Shown: positions 23,930-35,639 of the stretch, piece by piece
How the letters are laid out: every line of letters begins with the position of its first letter
Numbering within the stretch: the first letter of the stretch is position 1
DNA from: Selaginella moellendorffii
Lineage: Eukaryota; Plantae; Lycopodiophyta
Reading direction: 5' to 3'
DNA: 64,000 nucleotides
Assembly: GCF_000143415.4 (NCBI RefSeq)
Contig: NW_003314293.1
Coordinates: 248,001-312,000 of the forward strand
Made by a program: the position numbers and the translations under genes
The notes under the pieces: model-generated
What the model saw: only the letters and a program-made list of their open reading frames with translations
What the model was told of the DNA's origin: nothing
Database searches by the model: none

Positions 23930-25130
23930 CTGACCGTACGCCTGGATCATCGAGTTCCAGGACCTCTCCGCATTCGATCAAATACTCTCCTAGCGTCCTC
24001 CAGGTGACCGCTCTCAGCGTACACTGCGATCATTGCGTTCCACGGGAGCAGCCTTGCTTCTCGCTCCTCCCTGCTCCGAGTTCCAAGACGTGACATCCGC
24101 CAAAACGCCAGCTTGGCATCGCTGATATGCCGGGCATGGGCATATCCCGTCCAAGAGATGATATTCTTCCAAGGCATTTGATCAGAAATTCCCTTGGCTT
24201 CCTCCGCAGATTGACACTGCACGCAAGCCAGAATTGCTGCACCAAGTCCCGGCAAGGCACTTTTTCAAAGACCCTGATACAATCCTCTTGGTGCCCAGAT
24301 TGGGCATAAGCTGCTGATCTTGCGTTCCACGATGTTATATCCCTTCTCGGCATTTCTTGAAAGAGACTCAAAGCTTCCCCGACATGACCATTCTCTCCAT
24401 ACGCTACTAGTATGGTCGTCCACGCCACGGCATCCTTGTGAGCAATCCCATCAAACAGCCTTCCCGCGAGAACCACATGCCCGTTGTGGGCATACGCTGC
24501 TACCATGGTCGTCAAAGAAACAACGCTTTTCACTGGCATCTGACCGAATCGGAGCCTTGCAGTGTGATAATATCCAGCGGTTCAATACGCGGTGATCATC
24601 GATGCCCATGATGCCAATCCCAAAACGGCATTCTATCAAAGAGCCACTGTGATCGATCGATATGCCAAATCTGGGCATTTTCTTAGACCAAAACGTTCCA
24701 GGATACTTGATCCTTCTCTAGAACAGCGATGGCGTGCAATAGTTCTTCCTCGCTTTCAGGAACTATAGAGCGTCTTATTATGATGTTTCTCCTCAAGGTC
24801 GCTGTCTTGCAAATACGCCTGACCGATCGCGTTGAGCGATTTCACGCTCCAGCTAGCAAAGAACCCTCAGATACCCCTCCTTGGCATACATTGCAACCAA
24901 TGATGATCCCACGCTCTGAGACGCGCTTGGCATGGCCACCGGTAGATCACCGGTTCCGGGACAAGAGCGCTGGAGAGCTCGCATTGTATGGCGGGATTGC
25001 CGTTGTCGGGTTTGCGATTGGAGGTAGTGTGCCGAGCTCGCTGGAAATCTTGCTGCTGGTTCCCGAGGCGCTCCAGGCAATAGGCAGTGGGCGTGGGCTA
25101 CCTGATCCTCATCGCTGGTAAGCGATCATA
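23930..25130 (-). pseudogene. PLS-class PPR pseudogene
   Basis: Broken frames with SSLVAMYAK, AYAHNGHV, AWTTILVAYGENGH and WNAMIAVYAESGHLEDARRVFDRM; several frameshifts and stops. Confidence 0.85.
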
Positions 25131-25296
25131 TGATCATCCCCCAATTTTCCTCGCATTTTCTCTTTTGAATGTAAAGTTTTCTTTTCCTGATAATCCCTTT
25201 CGTTTCCCAGTTTTTTCTTTTTTCCAGCGATGGTGGAGGGAGCACACTCGTGCGAAGCCAAAAATCGTGCATCGAATGGTTGAGTGGAGCTATACC

Positions 25297-26040
25297 AAAT
25301 GATAAACTTGAGACGAGAGTCCCGGTCGTCAGCGTCAAAGTTTTGCTGGAAGAAGTTGAGGAGCGCGACGGTGATGTTCGTGGCCGAGCTTGGCATCGTC
25401 TTGTGCTGCTTCCGCTAGCTTCTCATTCCGAAAGGATCCGGAAAACTAGACTTTCCAGGCATCTTTATCAGCTTTGCTTGACACGATCGGGGTGACATAC
25501 AATCTCTGCCTTGGGAGCGGACACGAGCAAGGATCGGTACGGTTTTTATATGCTAGGCGAAACGCCATAGACTTTGCGAGTGATTGTTGTCTCTTAACTC
25601 TCTTCTCACTCCAAGAACGCGAAAGTAGGGGAAAGGAGCACCGAAAGAAAGAGGGGAAGAACCTCGCGAATCGCTGATCCTCCTTTGCAGCATTCGTCCA
25701 TCCATCCGACGGAGCGTTTCTTTTTGCGATTTCTTTTATTCTTTTTTTTTTTTTTTGTTGCAGACATGCATGGTTGCTGCCTAGCAAGTTGTTCGCCGGT
25801 CACCTCAAGAACAGGCTTTTGCTCGCTCCTTTTCTCGGCTCTTCCAACTTTATTCTAAGTGGAAGAACTTCGTCTATCCACTGAATTTTACATACAGAAG
25901 GGGTGATTTGGCGCATCTCTGATCTTTGGATCTTCGTACGAATTCACAAGAATGTTATGGAATAAAGTGTTCTTTTGAGTGAGGAGGAGAACTCAGAATC
26001 GGCACTATAAACCTGGGGAATCTTAAGGTGGAATCGAGAT
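25297..26040 (+). pseudogene. Third seipin 3' fragment plus downstream flank, heavily deleted copy of about 9906-11470
   Basis: Collinear blocks such as gagcgcgacggtg, ccgagcttggcatcgtc, ggaaaactagactttccagg, and a near-exact ~95-bp match of 25775-25868 to about 10957-11051. Confidence 0.85.
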
Positions 26041-26239
26041 ATCCAGGCGCCCATGATCTATGCCTCGAACACTGCCACGGTGATCCTTGCAGTGTGCTTC
26101 TTCGGGAACTTTGTAGAGAGGTGACGTAATGGCAAGCAGATCCTTGTGTGAGCGAGTTGACGACGATACTTGATCTTCCTCTCTTTGGGCCGTCATAAGG
26201 TTCCCGTGGCCGAGGCTAGTGGATCTTCCAAGCCTTGTG

Positions 26240-26375
26240 CTTTGAGGGACTTGAGTTTCTTCTTTGCAGGAGCTCCTTCTTCGACCATCATCTTCTTGGC
26301 AGCCTCAATCCATCGCAAGGCACCACATGAGAGCTGGAGGTGGCGCCAGTGGCACTCGTGCTTTAAAATCCACTG
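26240..26375 (+). repeat. Dispersed duplicate of about 17740-17862
   Basis: Shared tctttgcaggag...gcagcctcaatcc...ggcgccagtggc.ctcgtgctt.aaaatccactg. Confidence 0.75.
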
Positions 26376-26424
26376 CGTGCAGCTTACTGAACAACACTCT
26401 ATCGCAAAAAAGTTTGATATCCGC

Positions 26425-26817
26425 TTAGCTCAAATGAAAGGTCTGTCCTCCTAGCCACGGGAAATGAAGTAGCGGAGGCTTGCTCTCTAAAATCTCTGGA
26501 AGTGTAACCAAATGAGACCGGACGAAATGTTGCAAGCCTCCATGTTTGTGTCATAGTGCTAACCCAAAATACTTTACTTTGCTTAAGCAAACCAAAAGAC
26601 ATGCAATAATAGCACATGCTCATTTAGCTGATTTTTTGCCAAAAAGCTTGACGCACGTGTCTAAAAGACGTACAAAACTTTGTAGAGTACCTGTGACTTT
26701 TTCGTCTGGAGTACTCCCACGAGAACCGTGTGACTCGAGTTCGTTCGTAATTAAGGGCTCCGCTTTGTAAGAAAGCAAAGCACCATTCTTACAAATGTGC
26801 CACGCTTAGCCATGTCT
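26425..26817 (+). repeat. ~390-bp direct repeat also at about 29545-29943 (upstream of PPO copies 2 and 3)
   Basis: High identity from tagctcaaatgaaa to ttagccatgtct. Confidence 0.9.
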
Positions 26818-26899
26818 GTAGGATTTGTGGAAAATGGCTCGGTAGCTACTTCATTACGTCTTGATGCTGTACATGAGATAGAGCCTTGGTCTAAACGTC

Positions 26900-27025
26900 C
26901 TGCAGCAACAAAATTCCAGAAGAATTTTGCCTTTGTCGATGAGTTCCCGGATGAAATAAAACCTCAGTTCGATGTGCTTTGTTCTTGAATGGAATTGAGA
27001 GTTCCTTGTGAGAGCAATGGCAAAT
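26900..27025 (-). mobile_element. Ty1/copia RNase H fragment upstream of PPO copy 2
   Basis: AIALTRNSQFHSRTKHIELRFYFIRELIDKGKILLEFC is the typical copia RNase H motif. Confidence 0.85.
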
Positions 27026-27191
27026 GACACGGGGTTCTCGTGGATCAAAATGTCCGATCACAATGGACAGCTTTGGTCCCTTCCGATGTGAAATATTATC
27101 TCAGCCCAGTACTCCCACGAGAACCATGTGAACTCGTCCTTTAAAAAGGTATCGCTTCCCAATGCGTTGATAGTTGAATCTCTCATCCAAC

Positions 27192-29084
27192 ATGGATTCG
27201 TTGCTGGGCATGTTTCCCGCGGCACTCTCGCTCGATCGCATCAAGCTCCAGCACCGGAGCCAATGCCCACTTCTGCCCAATCGCTCCCGGGGTGCGCTCA
27301 AGATCACCGCCAGTGCCAGGAAAGAAGCCAATGCAGCAGCAGGGGAGTCTGGTAATCCCTCTTTCCCCTCCAAGAAAGGTAGCTCCACTCCGGCCTCGAT
27401 CATCGATCGCCGCGAGCTCCTGGCGGGGACAATCGCCGGCGGAGCTTCGCTCGCAGCGTCCCCTACTGGTCCCGTGCTCGCCGAGCCCGTGGGATCGCCC
27501 ACCTTCAAGCGCTGCCAGCCCGCCAAAATCGAGAACACCAACACCTTCGTGGCGTGCTGCCCGCCCAAGCCCAAGCGCGACACCATCGACTTCAAGCCCG
27601 ACACCGGCCCCATGCGCACCCGCCCCGCCGCCCATCTCGTGGACGAGGACTACATCCAGAAGTACAACGAGGCCTACGCCAAGATGCGCGCGCTCCCCTC
27701 GGATGATCCCCGGAGCTTCCGGCAGCAGGCAAACGTCCACTGCGTCTACTGCAACTTCGGCTACCGCCAGGAGGGCGATCCAAAGTCAACGCTCCAGATC
27801 CACTTCAACTGGCTCTTCCTGCCGTGGCACCGCTGGTACCTCTACTACCACGAGAAGATCTTGGGCAGTTTGATCAACGATCCAACCTTCGCGCTGCCGT
27901 TTTGGAACTGGGACAACCAGGACGGGGGGAGCTACATCCCGGAGATGTTTCGGCGCGAGGGCACCCCCATCTTCGACGCCAATCGCAACGAGGCAAACTA
28001 CGCGCCCGCGCGAGTGGATCTCGGCTACGCGCCCGGCGTCGACCCCAGCTTCGGCGAGCCCACCTACAAGACCGACGATCAGATCCGCCAGGACAACATC
28101 TCCGTCATGTACAACAACGTCGCTAAGGTCAAGCTCCAGGACGCCTTCTTCGGCGCTCCCATAAGGTACGTGTGCATGGCTAGAAAAAGGTGACGGAGCC
28201 ATGTCTTATGCAGGAAAGGGAACAATAACGGTGGCGATGGATCTCTGGAGAAAGCCCCACACACGGCCGTGCACGTCTTTGGTGGCAGCCCCAATAACCC
28301 TAATGGCGAGGACCTGGGCAACTTCTACTCTGCCGGGAAGGATCCACTCTTCTACTGCCACCACGGTAACGTGGACAGGATGTGGGACGTGTGGAGGTCC
28401 CTGGGAAACCAGGACTTCACGGACGCGGACTACCTCAACACCGAGTTCCTCTTCTTCGATGAGAACCAGGACCTCGTTCGCGTCAAGGTGAAAGATTCCA
28501 TCGACAACCAGACGAAGCTCAAGTACAAGTACGCGTCCATGCCCCAGGACAAGGTCTGGATCAACTACAAGCCACTGCCGCTCGCAAAGACGGCTTTCGC
28601 GCAGCCCAAGAGTTCGATCGTTGCTTCGTTGGTTCCTGGAGCTACTGCTATGGCGGCTGAGTATCCACTCGTGAAATCCTCGTCCCAGAACGCCGAGCCT
28701 GTCAAGGTTGGAGCGGGCCCGCTGACGATCACGGTGGCGCAGCCCAAAGGCAGCGCTTCGGACGAGCTCCTGGTCCTGGAAGAGATGGTGGTTGGGATGC
28801 AGAATAACACTAACTTCAACGTGTTCATCAATCTCCCTGAGGCCAACGAGACCACCACGCTCTCCTGCGCCGAGTACGTCGGCTCTTTCTACAACATCCC
28901 CCACTTCATGCCCGGGATGACCGAGTCGAGCACTCGGACCACCAACGCCCGCTTCTCCATCAAGCCCAACGTCGAGATCTTGGGCTTGAAGGACGCGGAC
29001 AAGCTCGTTGTCACTCTGGTGCCGCGCGGGAAGGACAAGGAGAAAGTCTTCACGTTCAAGGGGGCCAGCATCCAGTACGCTTGA
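27192..29084 (+). CDS. PPO: Polyphenol oxidase, copy 2 (intron 28166-28213)
   Basis: Same motifs as copy 1; 12 amino-acid differences. Confidence 0.96.
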
Positions 29085-29938
29085 TTTTTGATGGAGCTCT
29101 AGCTTTCGTTCTGTTTCATTTGGTTTCCTGTGATTGGAAAAAGAACACCAGAAAACCAGCTGGCATGGTAAAAGGAAATCGAAATGGTGTTACTTGATGT
29201 TGCAATTTCCAATGTGAGATGAAGCTTTCTACGTAGATCCACTATCTAGACCAAAAATGCCACAATGAGAAATATTCTAAAAAAAATCAAACATACGCTT
29301 TCTGCGAATGAAGCCTCCTTGAGGCTACTGCTCTACTTGAATCTGTTTGATCTACAACCTGCTAGGAATCTCACTTGAGAAAAAATCTTCATAGGCCGGG
29401 AAAGCCTGAGAACATTGATACATGAAAGATTCTAAAATCCCAGGAAACCTTTTTCTCTTTCCAAGCCTGGTAAAAGTTATAGAAACCGTTCTCTTGACAG
29501 GATATTGTCTCCAGAATAGCTTCGATTGAGCTCAAACAAACGTTATAGCTCAAATGAAACAAGCTGTTCTAAGGTCTGTCCTCCTAGCCACGAGAAATGA
29601 AGCAGTGGAGGCTTGCTCTCTAAAATCTCTGGAAATGTAACCAAATGAAACCGGACGAAATGTTGCAAGCTATGTTCGAGTATAGAATCACATGGTGCTA
29701 ACCCAAAATAATTTACTTTGCTTAAGCAAACCAAAAGACATGCAATAATAGTACATGCTCATTTATCTGTTTTTTTTGCCAAAAAGCTTGACGCACGTAC
29801 AAAACTTTGTAGAGTATCTGTGACTTTTTCGTCTGGAGTACTCCCACGAGAACCGTGTGACTCGAGTTCGTTCGTAATTAAGGGCTCCGCTTTGTAAGAA
29901 AGCAAAGCACCATTCTTACAAATGTGCCACACTTAGCC

Positions 29939-30813
29939 ATGTCTCCCGCGGCACTCTCGCTCGATCGCGCCAAGCTCCAGCACCGGCTCATGATCACCGC
30001 CAGCGCCAAGAAAGAAGCCAATGCATAAGGTACGTGTGCATGGCCTTGATTCTAAAAGGTGACCAATGTCTCGCGCAGGAAAGGAATGTGGGTGGCGATG
30101 GATCCCTGGAGAAAGCCCCACACAAGTCTTTGGTGGCAGCCCCAAGAACTCTCATGGCGAGGACCTGGGCAACCCACTCTTCTACAGCCACCACGGTAAC
30201 GTGGACCGGACGTGGAACGTGTGGAAGACTGAAAAGCGGAAACGAGGACATCACGGATCCCAACACCAAGTTCCTCTTCTTCGATGAGAACCAGAACCTC
30301 GTTCGCGTCAAGGTGAAAGATTGCATCGGCAACGAGCAAGCGTATGGCCGTGGCTTGAAGTTGATCCAGCTGCTTCGTTGGTTCCTGGAGCTACTGCTAT
30401 GGCGGCCGAGTATCCACTCGTGAAATCCTGGGAGCCTGTCAAAGTTGGAGCGGGCCCACTGACGATCACGGTGGCGCAGCCCAAAGGCAGCGCTCGGGAC
30501 GAAATCCTGGTCCTGGAAGAGATGGAGATTGGGATGCACAAACACCGCCTTCAACGGGTTCATCAATCTCCCTGAGGCCAACGAGAGCACCACGGTCGTT
30601 GAGTACGCTGAGTACGTTGGCTCCTTCAACAACATCCCCACTTCATGCCCGGGATGACCGAGTCGAGCACCCGGACGCCCGCTTCTCCATCAAGGAGAAC
30701 GTCGAGATCTTGGGCTTGAAGGACACGGACAAGATCGTTGTCACTCTGGTGCCGCGGGGGGAGGACAAGGAGAGAGTCTTCACGTTCAAGGGGGCCAGCA
30801 TCCAGGACGCTTG
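29939..30813 (+). pseudogene. Polyphenol oxidase pseudogene (copy 3); most of exon 1 deleted, intron remnant retained
   Basis: Jumps from aaagaagccaatgca directly to taaggtacgtgtgcatgg (loss of CuA); frameshifts in exon 2. Confidence 0.92.
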
Positions 30814-30982
30814 ATTATCGTTGGAGCTCTAAGCCTGTGCTGTTTGATTTGATTTGCTTTGCTTTCCTGTGTATTGGAAAAAGAAAACCAGAAAACCAGC
30901 TGACATTGTAAGAAGGAAATCGCAATGGTGTTACTTGATGTTTCAATAACCAATGTGAAGCTGGCGGAAGCTCTCTACTGCA

Positions 30983-32247
30983 TCAGGATGACGATGTCTT
31001 GTAGATCCAACTGTCTAGGCAGTATCCTACCAAAAATGCTCCGGCTAAGTCGCCAACGGCCAGACCTGGTCGAACACGCACAACGAAAGGAATGTAGCTG
31101 GAAGCGAAGAAAAGGAAGCACTCACCAATCCATGTCCCCGTGGAAGGCTTTATTAGCACAGCCCCACACCCGGCTCCAATCGATGCACACGTTAGCGATG
31201 CCACTGCCTTTAAGGAGTTCCCAGCTGTTCTTCGTGCCAAGCTGTGGAGGACGTCTATCTCTTTCTTGTTCCCTTTGGCGCGGCCCGGGTTTTGCCTGTG
31301 AATGTAGATAACTCTCCCGGATCTGTAAATATCAAGAACTTCTTGGACCAGGCAACTCGCTCCAACTCCGAGAGCATGCGCTAAGAAAAAAGAAGACCAA
31401 AGTAAAATCGCAGCTGCTTAGAAAAACTGTGTCTAAACCTCGGAAGGTTGTTTTCGCGACACCCGTGAATAATTCGATCTTCGTGATGTGTCTTCTGGCC
31501 TTTCTCACGGCAGACTTTGGAACGTCTGCAAGATAAAAACGGGTTAGAACGAGAGCAAAGAAGCTCAGACGCAAACCTTTTAAAAGCTTCCAAGCAGTCC
31601 GGGCGGAGACGACTTGCTCAACAATGCGCTCCAAAACTCGCCTCACAGTGATTACAGAAACCTGTGCTTAGAGAACAACAACAGGAAAAGAAAAACATAA
31701 GCTCTCAGGCAAAGAAAAAGAAAGAAGATAGTTTACCTCGCGGAAAGCGTGAGTCCCCGAGCGCTTGAAAGCCAGCCTGAAATCCGGAGAAGTCTCCGTG
31801 GGACGATCCTCTTCGTCGTCCTCGTCCTCCTCGACCTTCATGTACGCCTCGAGCAGCGGGAGGAAATTCACGAGCAGCGCTCGCAACCCAGTGGTGCCGA
31901 GAGCTTTCGGCCGGAACGCCGAGAAGAGCGGCTTGAGCTCGATGTCGTAAGTCTTGAACGCATATCGCTTGCTCTCCTCGGTTCCATACGTAGGCATCCA
32001 TCTCCCCAGCCAGTCGTCCTCGGACGAGTCGACTTTGGCATCGCAGAACGCCCAGTTCCTGGACAAGCGTCAGATCACGCAACCCGGCATTGAAATCTGG
32101 AAGGGCATTTCCCTAGAAGTATCGATGGAAGGTTTCTTACCTGGGAAACAGAGACGCGATCCCAGCTACCGATGAAGCGCTTAAGAGCGCGGCGGAATGC
32201 AAGGCGTTGCTCGATGAGGAGTCGAGAGCCAGCGCCAAGCCTTCCAT
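30983..32247 (-). CDS. Conserved plant protein of unknown function, multi-exon
   Basis: Spliced reading MEGLALAL...SLFPR|NWAFCD...YDIELKPLFSAF...RRVLERIV...AWKLLK|DVPKSAVRKA...KTTFR|...CASIGAGCGAVLIKPSTGTWIG|LAVGDLAG, with canonical short introns. Confidence 0.78.
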
Positions 32248-32400
32248 CGCCTAGAACGAAGAATTAGGTCACACAGACAACAAAGAACAAAGAAGCGAGT
32301 ATATTCTAGTTTTATTCTAAAGAATGGATGCCGCCGAGAGAGAGCTTCGGATCGATTGCCGCATCGTCGTGTGGGAGGAGCTGCGATCTCGCAATGCTGA

Positions 32401-32834
32401 TCAGAGGCAGATCTCGCGGAACACCGGCAGCCTGGATCTTGGAGCCATGGCGGCCGCGTTGTCGTGGAGGAGGAGCTTGGTGAGATTCATCGCCGGCGCG
32501 ACGAGAGGGGGGAGCTTGACGTCGGACAGCTTAGGCGTGGCGTGGATGAATCGGCAGCGCTTGCCGTAGGGACAGGTTCCAGCCGCGGAGAATGTCCTGC
32601 AAACCTGGATTTGAAAGATTATCGATCGATCAACGAAATATCTGTGAGAGAGGAGATCGAGGAGAGCGAGATTTCTACCTCGGTCTTGTATTTCGGATGC
32701 CGATTGACTGGCCGGAGATCTTCCTTGCCGTGAGCAAACTGGCACTTGTTGCCGTAGCGACAGGAGCCCGTCTCCTCCCACGATCGGCACAGCTCCGTCT
32801 TGTACAGCTTGCTCGCGTCAGATTCCTCGGCCAT
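32401..32834 (-). CDS. Tristetraprolin/TIS11 (ZFP36)-type tandem CCCH protein, 119 aa (exons 32834-32679, 32604-32401)
   Basis: YKTEL-CX8CX5CX3H, 18-aa linker, YKTEV-CX8CX5CX3H; C-terminal [12 protein letters not shown]. Confidence 0.92.
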
Positions 32835-33170
32835 CGCCTTGGCGATCGATCGATGGAGAGGACAGTGGAAATATTTCGAGCGCTCAAACGAGCGCTCTCC
32901 CAAGAACTCCAAGAACAATGAGAGAAAGAGAACTAAAAAGAGAAATGTGAGTAAAGCCTAGAAATCTCTCGTCCTCTCGTATTTGTACTCCCGCCAATTC
33001 CCTCTAGAAAGTTTTTAACCCCACTCATTGTCACAATGATTGCCAGGTAAGAAATCCAAAGCTTCACTAGCTTTCAAACTCAACCGTTCGCACGAATATC
33101 CCCTAAACCCCCCGTGATTATTCGCATCTTTCAACCGGCCACTGGAATATTCACCGTTAGAACCCTAAAA

Positions 33171-34259
33171 ATGCTGGTGTCTCGATTGGGCTATGGCGGG
33201 CGAGCTCTCCTCTCCAAATGCCGGCGCCTGGCGCAGGGTAAGCGCAATCTCCACACCATCGACTCCTCCGACGAAGATCGCGGCGTCGATCACACAGGCT
33301 TCACAGAGGACGACGAGGAGGAAGCGCAGGAACAGGAAGAACAAGGGCGTAGGGTAGTGATCGTGTGGGATATTACGACGAGCAAGCCGCCGGTGTCGAT
33401 GGATCCACAAGTAGCGGCGCTCCGGGTCAGGGATCTCGCCGACGCATTCGGCTTCGTGGTGGATCGATCGGCCTACGCGGAGCCCCGGATTCCAGTGACC
33501 GATGCCCGGCCCAGGACGTATTACGAGGAGAAATTCATGGCATCACAGCTCAAGCCGGTGTGGTACCAGGACGTCCCCCATCAGAGCGCCGAGGACTACG
33601 TCTACAAGTGTGGCTACTGCGGGAGAACGCTAAGCAGCCACCACTCGCTCTACAAGCACTTTAAGCAGATCCACGCCCCGGAGAGGGCCAAGCGCGTCCA
33701 CAAGCTCAACCGGATCCATCGCGGGCAGCGGCGGGACGAGTACGCTCTGGCGATGGCGGACAAGGAGCAGCGATACCGAGCGGCGCTCCGAGAGATCGTC
33801 ATGCCCAAGCTGGTCGTCAGCGATGAGCTTTGCAGCGCTCTCACGAGGGCGGGATTTCTCGTCAGGCTGGTGACCGAGAAGCCACTTCGCCATCTCTTCC
33901 TCACCGCCCAGGAGTCGGCCGTGATCAACCATCTCTGGCAGGCGGCCTGGCTCAACATTGCGTGCATCGTGCTGGTGAGCGATTCGTGCCGGTTCGGGGA
34001 TTTCATCCGGCTGGCCAGGGAGCAGCGCGGGGTGAAGTTCGTGGGGATCAGCGATGGATTGAGCGAGTTCCGGATGGGTGTGGATTTGTTTATCAGCTGG
34101 GAGGAGATTGAGCGCGGGCGGGGGTATGTGTGGGCGACCGAGGCTGCGCGGGCTTGGTTCTCGGGGCCTCGCTTGTTCGCGAAGAGATCGACGCTGCGAA
34201 AGAGGCAAAAGTATGGTGGCGGTGGCGGTGGGGGCGAGTTTGATCCCTTTCGCGAGTGA
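33171..34259 (+). CDS. Organelle-targeted C2H2 zinc finger protein with NYN/PIN-like fold
   Basis: Presequence, VVIVWDITTSKPP, CGYCG...HFKQIH finger, CIVLVSDS...F; intronless. Confidence 0.78.
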   Translation: MLVSRLGYGGRALLSKCRRLAQGKRNLHTIDSSDEDRGVDHTGFTEDDEEEAQEQEEQGRRVVIVWDITTSKPPVSMDPQVAALRVRDLADAFGFVVDRSAYAEPRIPVTDARPRTYYEEKFMASQLKPVWYQDVPHQSAEDYVYKCGYCGRTLSSHHSLYKHFKQIHAPERAKRVHKLNRIHRGQRRDEYALAMADKEQRYRAALREIVMPKLVVSDELCSALTRAGFLVRLVTEKPLRHLFLTAQESAVINHLWQAAWLNIACIVLVSDSCRFGDFIRLAREQRGVKFVGISDGLSEFRMGVDLFISWEEIERGRGYVWATEAARAWFSGPRLFAKRSTLRKRQKYGGGGGGGEFDPFRE

Positions 34260-35349
34260 GAAGAGGAGTCAAGTTACTTCGATCTGAATCGACCATTTTG
34301 TGATGTAAACAAAGCATATTCTAACTGATGCTTATCTAACGGCTTAAAGATATGTGTTTTAAATTGGAATTAATTAATTTAGAATCCAAGTATTTTAATA
34401 TATTTTAGATTATCTTTTTTATTAGTAAAAATGTTGTGATAGTCTTCTTTTTCTAACAAACTCAAATAAATTTAATAAGTTTTATTGCTCCCACTCTTGC
34501 ATCACCATTTTTTTATGATTGGAATCATGCAAATAAATTTTTATTTCCCAATAATTATATAAAACATTATTTAATATAATTTTACATTTAAATATATTCA
34601 TGTATATTCTCTATATTTACCCAAAAACAATTGCTGCAAAAAATATAATTAACTAGTTATTTTAGTTTTCTTGTTCAGCATTATGTCTACTAAAGAAAGA
34701 TATTTTAAAATTAGTAAAAAATTATATAATTAACTATATTATTTTAATTTATAAATTATTAAATTATAAAAATTTAATATTAAAAGATTTTAACCTTAAA
34801 AAAATTAACAATCAACACTATTTATATCTTGTTTATTTTGTATTTATGATTGTTTGAAAGTCCTCACAAAACTTATAATAAATTTTTGTTAAGTTTAGCA
34901 AATATATAAAATATCTATTTAGTCTATAACAGACCAAATCAATAACAATTGTTTTGTTCTTTTTACAAAGTATTTAACATTTTCAAATTGTGCTTTTCAC
35001 TCAAAAAAATAAAAATCTAAATTATTAATTTTTATAAATTGTTAAATATAGATATAAAAATTACTTGTCACGTAGCCATTAAAGACTATATAGGGTAATA
35101 AAACTTAATAAATTTATTTCTTAAAGCTACTATAGAAGTCATACATGCTTTATAGAAAAAAATATTCTACAAAAGTCAGAACCTTTTTTATTTTTATTTT
35201 TCTACTTTTAGTTTTTATATACTTTGTTGTATATTACTTTTATTATGTTTTTTAAGGTCTCTAAGTACATATGTTCCATTGAATAAAGGCTTGTTTGTTT
35301 TCCAAAACTTAGGGAGGTAACAACACTTGGCAAATTCAATCATCCTACA

Positions 35350-35600
<251 letters not shown>

Positions 35601-35639
35601 TAGCCTACCTTGGTAATACACTAATTAAAATACTATAGC

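Larger units (their letters stand above)
20640..29535. repeat. Large inverted duplication: arms about 20640-23195 and 27030-29535, each holding a PPO gene
   Basis: Coding positions mirror exactly (p and 50244-p); flanks are reverse complements with indels. Confidence 0.95.
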
